A stretch of DNA of 64,000 nucleotides from Cyanophora paradoxa CCMP329 (Eukaryota; Plantae; Glaucophyta): the NCBI GenBank assembly GCA_004431415.1, contig QPMI01000418.1, positions 1-64,000 of the forward strand. The letters are read 5' to 3'. The position numbers and the translations under genes were made by a program. Shown here piece by piece: positions 9,620 through 16,963 of this stretch. Within the stretch, counting starts at the first letter, position 1, and each line of letters starts with the position of its first letter. The notes under the pieces were generated by a model, which did no database searches, was not told where the DNA came from, and saw nothing but the letters and a program-made list of their open reading frames with translations.

Positions 9620-11506
9620 TTACCGCACAAATACAATAATACCCTGATTGTTGTTCTTCCACGTGAGATTGGCGGCACCTTGCGAGTACGCGGCCTCGCC
9701 CCAGAACACGCGCTCGGTATCATGGGAGCTGCTTGCCGTGACCCAGGGGTCCGTGATCGTGGCTGCACGGAAGAGTACGTTGGCTTTGGTGTTTCGATCC
9801 TCGGAGCCTAGGCCCCCAGACGAGGCCGTCAGAGTGACTGTTCGTCCTGGGAATTCCGACCCTCTGACCATCTCCGACAGCGGGAAAGAAATCCAGTACG
9901 TGCCGTTGCCGGTCTTGAATAACAGCTCCGAGCGCGACGGGCCTGCCTGCAAGGTGTAGTTGCGCCAGTAGCCCGACGTCGAGGGGACGGTGCCGTTCGC
10001 AAGGTACGTGCCGTAGGCGTACGACGGGGCGGTGGACGTCCACGAGGCGTCCCCCGTATCTCCTGCGTACATTGCCCCGGAGCTCGGTTGCGCTGCAAAA
10101 GACATCCAACCCCCGCCACGAATAGTCATGTCGCAGTAGATGTCCAAAAGAGTGCCGTCTGCCAGGCGGAACTTGTACGTCCCGTCGCCGAGGGCCGTGT
10201 TGACGGCCTTCAGCTGTTTGGCGTTCTGCGAGTAGCACGTGATCGCAGAGGACGACGAGGCGGGGCCCTCCTCTCCCACGATGTTGACGGCCTTGACCGT
10301 GTAGCTGTACTCGGTGATGAAGAGGGTCGCGCTGTCGGTGAAAGGGCTCGAAACGTTGTGTCCGACTTTCGTGCTCCCCCTGTAGACGTTGTAAGACGTG
10401 GCCGTGCCGGTGGCCGGGGCCGTCCAGGTGACGGTGACATTGGGCGAGGCCGCAGAGGGCTGCGCGGTTGATATGGTTGCAGGCGCGGCGGGGTCTGTGG
10501 TGACGTACGTCGCAATACTCTTCGGTCCCTCCCCTCCCGAGTTCGTCGCGGAGACCTGGTACTCGTACCCCGTACCCCAGACCGTGGTGGCATCGCTGTA
10601 GGAGTTGGTCGCGGAGTCTGCGAGGTAGGCCCCGTCCCTGTAGATCTTGTACCCCGTGGCCCCCGTGGGCGCCGTCCAGCTCAGGCTAACGGGCTGCTGC
10701 TCGTCGTTGGGAGCTGACGCCGTCACGTTCGTGGGGGCGTTCGGCATCGTCCAGACCAGGAGCGGATCGGACTTTTCGTATTCGACCCCGCCCACGATGC
10801 CGGCCACCTGGTAGGAGTACTCCGTACCCCACGCAAGGGCAGTGCTATCGTCGATGTACGAGGTAGATAGGGCGCTGCTTGCGAATCCGATGGGGGTACC
10901 GTCCCTGTAAATTCGAATCGAGTCCGCGCCCTCCATGGCCACCCAGTTGATTGTGACAACAAAGGTGGGCTTCGGGAAGCCCGCAGACGCAGGGCGGCCC
11001 CCTGCGATAAAATCGCCGTAGGTCTGGGCCGTGGCGGTCGTGAGCGCAGTGTACGCCTCGATCGTGGGCGTGGAGCCGCCTATGCCTTGGAATTGAATGT
11101 AATTGCTCCTCGCGCCCTCGTGGGTGTAGAGCAGCGACTGTGCGTACGTGGTGGGGGGCACTTTGCCGTCCGAGCCTGTGCTGCTGCTGCCCTGCTCGCG
11201 AACCGCAGCCACCCGGTAGAGTCGGAGCTCGCCGAAATTAAAGGGCGAGTTCGTGTATGTGAGCGTGGGTGCGTTCACCGTGGCCACCAGCGTCCAGGTG
11301 CCGTTGAGGCTCGGTGCCCTATACACATTGTACTTGACGGCGTCGGTGACGGCGACCCAATTCATTTGAAATCCAAAGGTACCGCCCCCATTGTTGAGCA
11401 CGGAGCCCGATCGCACCTGGGGCCTGCCCACCGTGAGCGAGATCGGCTCCACGCCGTACTGCGGGGCCTGCACCACCTGCTTCTTCACGAATACGAAGCG
11501 GGGCAT
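9620..11506 (-). CDS. Fibronectin type III repeat protein with C-terminal fibrinogen-like domain (628 aa; likely start ATG at 11506)
   Basis: About four FN3 units (LSWTAPTGATGYKIYRDG...YEYQVSATNSGGEG), then GDGTYKF...DIYCDMTIRGGGWM. The promoter motif lies 17 bp upstream of 11506. Confidence 0.85.
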   Translation of the reverse strand: MPRFVFVKKQVVQAPQYGVEPISLTVGRPQVRSGSVLNNGGGTFGFQMNWVAVTDAVKYNVYRAPSLNGTWTLVATVNAPTLTYTNSPFNFGELRLYRVAAVREQGSSSTGSDGKVPPTTYAQSLLYTHEGARSNYIQFQGIGGSTPTIEAYTALTTATAQTYGDFIAGGRPASAGFPKPTFVVTINWVAMEGADSIRIYRDGTPIGFASSALSTSYIDDSTALAWGTEYSYQVAGIVGGVEYEKSDPLLVWTMPNAPTNVTASAPNDEQQPVSLSWTAPTGATGYKIYRDGAYLADSATNSYSDATTVWGTGYEYQVSATNSGGEGPKSIATYVTTDPAAPATISTAQPSAASPNVTVTWTAPATGTATSYNVYRGSTKVGHNVSSPFTDSATLFITEYSYTVKAVNIVGEEGPASSSSAITCYSQNAKQLKAVNTALGDGTYKFRLADGTLLDIYCDMTIRGGGWMSFAAQPSSGAMYAGDTGDASWTSTAPSYAYGTYLANGTVPSTSGYWRNYTLQAGPSRSELLFKTGNGTYWISFPLSEMVRGSEFPGRTVTLTASSGGLGSEDRNTKANVLFRAATITDPWVTASSSHDTERVFWGEAAYSQGAANLTWKNNNQGIIVFVR

Positions 11507-11545
11507 TTTCCTATACGATCCGAAAAAATATCTGCGCCGGGGTAA

Positions 11546-12226
11546 ATGACTTCCAACTGGTACCAGACCCTCAAAGGCGACCTGGACGTTGGCGATAACT
11601 CCAAGGATTTCGCGCGCATTCCCTCCGGCAGCTACGTCGACGTCTTCCTGCAGAATCCCGTCGTGATTCAGGTCGTTCAGAACGCCTACGCCACGCCCAA
11701 GATCTACTCCTACCAACTCTTCTTCGACCCTTCCAACCTCAGCGCAGAGGTAATCGAGCTCCTGCACGAATCCGGCCTCGTGAAAAAGGTGGCGCCTGCC
11801 ACGGCCACGGCCAACGTCCTGCGCTGTCTCGAGGTAAAGTTCAGGGAGACGGGGTACGGCCCCACCGTGAACCGGTACCCCAGTTCTTCGAATCTTCCGG
11901 GTACGGGAATTTACCAGATGAGGGGTACGCTCAAGGGCGACGTGCTCTTCACGAAATTCAATCCAAGTCCCGCGACCCTGGGGGCCCTCTACACGGGCGG
12001 CAACCCACGCGGCTCGACTCTACCCCGCTTCCCCTTCACCTTTTTCAGGTTCCAGGTCTTCCCCCTCTCCTACGCCGCCGACCAGCCCCACTTCAGCACG
12101 GGCGCCAGCCTCTGCGCGGAGCTGCGTGAGTGCTCGATTTCCTACGCGTACGGCACCGACTTTGACTCTGTGCCTGGGGTCCGCGTCATGAACATCGGTG
12201 GCGACATCACCCTCTTTCACGGATAA
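11546..12226 (+). CDS. Viral hypothetical protein, paralogue A (226 aa)
   Basis: Clean ORF with TAAATG start; collinear motifs shared with the downstream gene. Confidence 0.8.
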   Translation: MTSNWYQTLKGDLDVGDNSKDFARIPSGSYVDVFLQNPVVIQVVQNAYATPKIYSYQLFFDPSNLSAEVIELLHESGLVKKVAPATATANVLRCLEVKFRETGYGPTVNRYPSSSNLPGTGIYQMRGTLKGDVLFTKFNPSPATLGALYTGGNPRGSTLPRFPFTFFRFQVFPLSYAADQPHFSTGASLCAELRECSISYAYGTDFDSVPGVRVMNIGGDITLFHG

Positions 12227-12249
12227 TCTTTCTCATTTGAGGTCGCAAA

Positions 12250-13062
12250 ATGCCGACCACCTCGGCCACCATCGTGAAGACCGTGTCTGCCGGCTCGATC
12301 GTACCCGATTTCTACGGCAACGCTGGGAACGTGGCCAACGCAGGGACGGACAAGGTGGATTGGGACGGAAACTACGCCACCCCGCTCACCGTGAGGGTCC
12401 AGAATCCCGTCATGTTGCGCGTCACCTCCAACGATTTCGAGAATCCCGCCTCCTGCTCCGTGTACGTGTACTTTGACATCGACTCGGGCGTGAGCGCGGA
12501 TGAGGCGGAGGCGCTCTGGCTCTCGGGCCTCCTGAAAAAGATAGAGCCCTCTGTGCCTGATCGGCCCGCCATTCGCGTGCTCGAACTCAAGTTCACCGCT
12601 AACACCGCCCTCACTCGCAAATTTGGGAATGGTGCGAATCCGAACATCAAAACGCATTTAGATGGCGCCCTCATCGATGCCGCACACAAGACCACGCAGG
12701 CCGTTCCCTTTGAGATGTACAACCTCTGGAAGATGACCGCAAAGGAGATGATGACGAATGCCACCACGGGCGGCGCCTCGGGTACCGATTATTCATACGG
12801 CGCCTCGAATCCCCGTACCCAGGTCTGGCCCCGGCTCCTCTTCACGAAATTCACTTTCAAATTGTACAACAACATCGCCGGAATGCCTACCTCTGGAATG
12901 GTCGTGGGCTCTACCCTCATGGCCGAACTAATTGAGGCAGAGGCGGACTACACGACTGCGACTACAAACTCGACAGCGCCAGGCGCCGGAGCCGAAGTTT
13001 ACGTGGCCTGGGAAACGGTTGGTCGCGAGTACGACACCAAGATTCACACCACTAGCGTCTAG
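12250..13062 (+). CDS. Viral hypothetical protein, paralogue B (270 aa)
   Basis: Clean ORF. Shares QNPV, SGL(V/L)KK, LE(V/L)KF, PRxxFTxFxF and GxxLxAELxE with 11546-12226. Confidence 0.8.
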   Translation: MPTTSATIVKTVSAGSIVPDFYGNAGNVANAGTDKVDWDGNYATPLTVRVQNPVMLRVTSNDFENPASCSVYVYFDIDSGVSADEAEALWLSGLLKKIEPSVPDRPAIRVLELKFTANTALTRKFGNGANPNIKTHLDGALIDAAHKTTQAVPFEMYNLWKMTAKEMMTNATTGGASGTDYSYGASNPRTQVWPRLLFTKFTFKLYNNIAGMPTSGMVVGSTLMAELIEAEADYTTATTNSTAPGAGAEVYVAWETVGREYDTKIHTTSV

Positions 13063-13416
13063 ACTGGCTAAGCTGCATTAGCGCCTGTGCCGCCTCCATC
13101 ATCTCCCGAATCTCCTCGCTCTTCTCCTGTAAATTGGCGTACCCCCTCCTCTTCTTGCGAATATCCGACATTGATGCCCAGCGCAGGTTCTCCCTCCTGT
13201 AGTCCAGCGGGTTGCCGTTGATGTGTTCCACGTAGCGTCCACGTGGCGACTTCCCGAGGATCAGTTGGGAGAGGTAGTGCTTGCGCCCTCCAAACGTCTT
13301 GCTCACCCTGTCCCTGTCCACTCTCCAGGGAAACTCCAAGGCACTCGGGGTACGTCCGAGTTGACCAGGACGTTGTAGGCGACGTCTTGCGAGTCGGTGC
13401 ACCGGAGCAGGGCCAT
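13052..13416 (-). CDS. HNH endonuclease (HNH_3 type), likely start 13416, frameshift ~13348
   Basis: YVEHINGNPLDYRRENLRWAS. The promoter motif TTTTTCTG...AAAATG gives N-terminus MALLRCTDSQDVAYNVLVNSD in a neighbouring frame. Confidence 0.75.
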
Positions 13417-13439
13417 TTTGCCCTAGGTTCAGAAAAACC

Positions 13440-13950
13440 TGGGACTTGGGACTTGGACTTGGGACTTGGGACTTGGGAAGAGTTGAAACCCAGGTCCCGG
13501 CCCAGACTTTCTCCAGGATCAGAAATTTGTCAGACAAGTCAGGTGAGTTTTTCTACCGACTTTTTTACTCCTACCACCCCTCGTACTCTTTTTTACTCGT
13601 AGTCTTTTTTACTCGTATCCCATCTCGTACCCTCCTTCTCTCGACATCTCGCACGAATACTCCTACCCCTCTTCACATCCTTTTTCGGTTGCATACTCTC
13701 GTGAGCTTTCATGTCCAGTATCATGCTACAAGTCGTACACCAGTTCAGACTCTACCTCGCTTGAAATCTCACCTGGAATGTCACCAGAAACGTCGTATCC
13801 AAATTTCCGTACCCCTTTCTAAGTCTGCCCGGTGGTTAGGGACTTGGCACGGCAAACTCTCAGATCCAGAGAAAGTCTGGGCCCAGACCCTGAGTCTAAC
13901 TCTTCCCAAGTCCCAAGTCCCAAGTCCCAAGTCCCAAGTCCCAAGTCCCA
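13440..13950. repeat. Non-coding cassette bounded by ~90-bp imperfect inverted repeats with outer (GGGACTT)n arrays
   Basis: 13440-13531 and the reverse complement of 13850-13950 both read (GGGACTT)n-GGGAAGAGTT-N16-CCCAGACTTTCTC..GGATC. The interior has TTTTTACTCGTA-type direct repeats. Confidence 0.9.
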
Positions 13951-14023
13951 GGATCGCGCCAAGTCATAACTGAATAGTCGGCCAATTTTTACAAGTATGT
14001 ACAATGGAATGACGCAATACTAT

Positions 14024-15073
14024 TTACAGCATCTCAAAGTCAGAATCATCGTCATCGGAAACCAAGTCAATCGGGGCCTCGGGCGCGGACTTAAGGGGAA
14101 TGCGGGGAAGGGCCTGCGCTGCCTGCACTAAGTCCTGCCGCTCCTGCTCGCGCTGCGCCGCCAAGGCCGCTGCCGCCTCTGCCTCGCGCCGCTGCTGAGC
14201 CTCGACGCGCGCCCTAAGTTCCGCTGCCTCCTTCTTCTTGCGCTCGGCAATCTTGGCCAGCGTCATCTCGCGACGAAGAAGGCGCTCGTGACGCAACTTG
14301 CGCCGGAGTTCGGCCATTTCGCGCTTGGCGATGATGCGCTTCTCAATGGTCTTGACGTGCTGAGTCAGGCGCTTGCTGAAGTGTGACGTGACGCGAGAAC
14401 GGGCAATGCCAGCGCCGATCTTCAAGTCTTTTTCGTGTTCCTTGGCGGGATTCTTGACTCGCTCGGAGTTGTCGGTGAATGACGTGGTCTCCATGAACTT
14501 CTTCTTGACGATTGACTTGGTCTTGATAATGCGGCGCTTGCGAGTCGGGTTTTCGTTGTCGCCTTCAGAGTCGGAAGAGGACTCAGAGTCGTATGGAATC
14601 GGCACGTCAAAGTCGATAAAGTCGTTGATGTCAGACTCGGCGTCAGAGGCCTCGGACTCGGCGTCATCGACTGGCTCGGGAGCGGGCTCGGCGACGGGCT
14701 GAGGGGCAGATGACGACGATGACGGAGGGGGAAATTCGTGAAGACTTGAGGGGATAGGCCCAGGCGAGCGTCTCGGCGGCAGACTCGGCGAAAAGCTTGG
14801 GGTCGCCCCAGCCAGTGGGAGTCTTGACCCAGCCGGGACGGGGGCACGTCGACGGGCTCGGGCTTGGGCTCGGCTTGGGTTGCTTGGACTTGGGCAGAAG
14901 GGTGGATACAAAGTTGAGGTTGATGGTATGGAAGCCTTCTCCGCTGTGAGCTTGGTAGAGGTACCCCAGCTTGCGGCACGCTTCTCCATTTCACGGGTAG
15001 GCCAATCGCGGGACTTAGCCCACATCTCACGGGCCTTGGCAAGGTCCTCGACAAGCTCAGAGGGAATCGACAT
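14024..15073 (-). CDS. Viral acidic/basic coiled-coil protein with C-terminal SIM-like motif (probable regulatory/early protein)
   Basis: MSIPSELVEDLAK..., D/E/S tract, basic RKRRIIKTK, coiled coil and C-terminal PIDLVSDDDDSD. No late-promoter motif; the ATG directly follows a polypyrimidine-CAG. Probable compensating frameshifts ~14720-14975. Confidence 0.7.
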   Translation of the reverse strand: MSIPSELVEDLAKAREMWAKSRDWPTREMEKRAASWGTSTKLTAEKASIPSTSTLYPPFCPSPSNPSRAQARARRRAPVPAGSRLPLAGATPSFSPSLPPRRSPGPIPSSLHEFPPPSSSSSAPQPVAEPAPEPVDDAESEASDAESDINDFIDFDVPIPYDSESSSDSEGDNENPTRKRRIIKTKSIVKKKFMETTSFTDNSERVKNPAKEHEKDLKIGAGIARSRVTSHFSKRLTQHVKTIEKRIIAKREMAELRRKLRHERLLRREMTLAKIAERKKKEAAELRARVEAQQRREAEAAAALAAQREQERQDLVQAAQALPRIPLKSAPEAPIDLVSDDDDSDFEML

Positions 15074-15409
15074 CTGCGCAAAGGGAAGAGAGATCAGCAA
15101 AGGCAAAACGTGAGGTGACTGAGAGAGCGGACTTGTGAAAATTCGGAGAGGCGGGATTCCTTGGGCTGAGAGAAGGCGGCGAACCCGTTTCAAGAGTGAG
15201 CCAAAATGGCGGCGGACCGCGGTTTTGTGGGCGATTTTTTTCGCGGTCTAGTTCGCAACGGAAAACGTTGCCAACTGGCCTGAAAAAAGCCAAATTTAGC
15301 GTTGGGCCGAAGGCAGAAAAAGGGAGCCGGCCTGACGGAAATCGCCCGAGTGCGTCCGCCGAAGGTCGAGTCTCGGGCCGGGGTACACCCTCAGGGCCCC
15401 CCTGGCCCC

Positions 15410-15879
15410 TCACCCTGGTAGTACCCTCTCAAAGGGATTTTCGAAGCCGTACAATTCTTGGTAAGTCTCGTAATCCGGGCTGTACCCCCTCACAATCTGC
15501 GGGAGCCCCATTGAAAGCCTCCGTCTATCCTCTCTCAATTCCCTGCGGAAAAGACTGCGGTCGCTTCGAGCTTCGCGCGTCACGCCAGCTGGGCGTGGTC
15601 TATGATTGTTAGGGTTGTCGTAGCCTGGCCCCACCAGCCTCACGAAATTTTCGCGTATGGCCTCGGGGAGACTCTGGAAACGGTTCGTTGCGTGGAACTC
15701 AATCCATTCATTGAATCGACGCGGATATTGACGGATGACTTCAAGCACGCCCTGTAAGTTGGGCTCTGGTGTTACGTCGGGATGTCATGTCCTGTGAGGT
15801 GCCAGCGCCAGAACTCGCGCAGCCTCTCGAATGCCATATGCAACTCAAAGGGGAAATCGTAATAGAGATTGCCTGACAT
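15410..15879 (-). CDS. Viral hypothetical protein, ~156 aa (frameshift ~15780)
   Basis: Motif TTTTCG...AAAAATG at 15879. MSGNLYYDFPFELH...GHDIP joins DVTPEPNLQGVLEVIRQYP if one C is restored in a C-run. Confidence 0.65.
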
Positions 15880-15929
15880 TTTTCTCCCGTCCGAAAATTT
15901 CCCCGCTTTTGAGTCTAGACTCTGATTCC

Positions 15930-15996
15930 AACTCTTCCCAAGTCCCAAGTCCCAAGTCCCAAGTCCCAAGTCCCAAGTCCCAAGTCCCAGGTCCCA
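15930..15996. repeat. Third (CCCAAGT)n heptamer array
   Basis: AACTCTT followed by about 8 CCCAAGT units; same GGGAAGAGTT anchor as the arrays at 13440 and 13905. Confidence 0.95.
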
Positions 15997-16136
15997 TTTT
16001 TCTCCCATTTTGACTCGAGATTTTGCCCAAGTCCAAATCCGGACCCGGGATTCGAACCCTCGTTTTCGATCGATTTCACGCGTGAAAAACGCACTTTTCG
16101 GCCTTTTCGCATTTATTTTCTCTACCCCGGCCCAAA

Positions 16137-16274
16137 ATGGACCCCCTCCCCGAAATCGCGATCGAAAATGGTCGCGATCGTCTCGTTTTCGCGATCGTCG
16201 TGATCGGAATCGTCATCGCGATCGTCGCGATCATGGTGATCACCAGCCTCGTCTACGGTACCCCCCAGCTGTGA
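16137..16274 (+). CDS. 45-aa single-pass membrane microprotein (last viral gene)
   Basis: MDPLPEIAIENGRDRLVFAIVVIGIVIAIVAIMVITSLVYGTPQL*, preceded by ATTTTCTCT...CAAAATG. Confidence 0.7.
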   Translation: MDPLPEIAIENGRDRLVFAIVVIGIVIAIVAIMVITSLVYGTPQL

Positions 16275-16276
16275 CC

Positions 16277-16297
16277 CGGAGGTTATAAGAACCTCCG
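16277..16297. other. Perfect 8-bp hairpin CGGAGGTT-ATAAG-AACCTCCG at the apparent virus/host border
   Basis: Seen directly, 2 bp after the stop of the last viral gene. Function not established. Confidence 0.6.
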
Positions 16298-16963
16298 CAA
16301 TCCAAGCGTCACTTCCGAGTCTCGAGCTCTCGGGGTTGACTTTTCGCGTTTGGCCCATTGTTGGCCCTCTTATATACGGCCGGCGCCGGCGCCGCGAGCG
16401 AAGTGGAGCCAGAGCTCGAGCGTGCATCCAGCTGCACCGATATCGATTCGCGAATATCGCGAATGCGACTCGTGAGTCGTGAATGTGACTCGCGGCGCGC
16501 GCGCGCGCGCGCGCGGCGCGCGCTAGCGCTAGCGCTAATTATATATAACGTTCACATGCACGCTAGCCGCTGAGCGCATGCGCCGCGCGCGGCCGGCCGC
16601 GCGGAGCCTCTTGATTTCTTCTAGATCTCGCCGCCGTAGACGTCGACGTACGCGTAGACGTAGCTAGGCGGCGCCGCAGCGCCGGCGCCGGCCCGCGGCG
16701 CCGCGGACGGCCAGACAGATGCAAGCGAGAAAGGCGCACGTCGCGCAGCTGCGCATGCGCATGCAGCGCTTCACGCGGGGAATCGCGCCGCTGCCATCCC
16801 TCGAGGGGTACGGCTCGCTGCGGTACCCTTGGTGTACCCTTGCATCACAGCAACTCGGCAGCGAGACTCGGCGGCGTTCCATCGCATTGACATCTGCGTC
16901 TCAGCGGGAACACTTGTCGTTGCCGGAGCCGCCCTCCATCCGCCCGCCCGCCAGCCGGAGAAG

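Larger units (their letters stand above)
1291..16139. promoter_or_regulatory. Recurrent viral promoter motif WWTTTC(T/G)-N~12-AAATG upstream of 12 genes
   Basis: Precedes ATGs at 1314, 1590, 1977, 2658, 3160, 8410, 11506(-), 11546, 12250, 13416(-), 15879(-) and 16137. The TC(T/G) lies 15-19 nt before the ATG (17 nt in six cases). 2188 has a looser copy at 21 nt. Confidence 0.85.
1..16300. mobile_element. Endogenous DNA virus, right-hand portion (mriyavirus-like or Polinton-like; Bamfordvirae); left part lies outside the window
   Basis: Gene-dense block with 5-30 bp spacers and almost no introns. It carries virion-type genes (penton, fibres), HUH and HNH nucleases and a shared promoter motif, then changes abruptly to intron-rich host genes after ~16.3 kb. 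Exact border not resolved. Confidence 0.85.

Noticed and set aside
11507-11767. N-terminal extension of the 715-aa ORF
   Set aside because: Overlaps the opposite-strand gene at 11546; the promoter motif supports the ATG at 11506.
13417-14004. ORFs reading LGLGTWD / PKSQVPS
   Set aside because: Translations of the heptamer arrays.
13440-15996. CRISPR array or true chromosomal telomere
   Set aside because: Contiguous 7-mers without spacers; short, internal and in both orientations.
1-16300. Bacterial prophage or contaminant (phage-like fibres, HNH)
   Set aside because: No Shine-Dalgarno pattern, terminase or portal; AAAATG starts and a penton-like gene; contiguous with spliceosomal genes. 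A chimeric join cannot be excluded without reads.
16490-16660. (GC)n and GCTAGC palindromic runs as viral terminal hairpins
   Set aside because: Similar low-complexity palindromes occur in host intergenic DNA (e.g. ~23070, ~43780).
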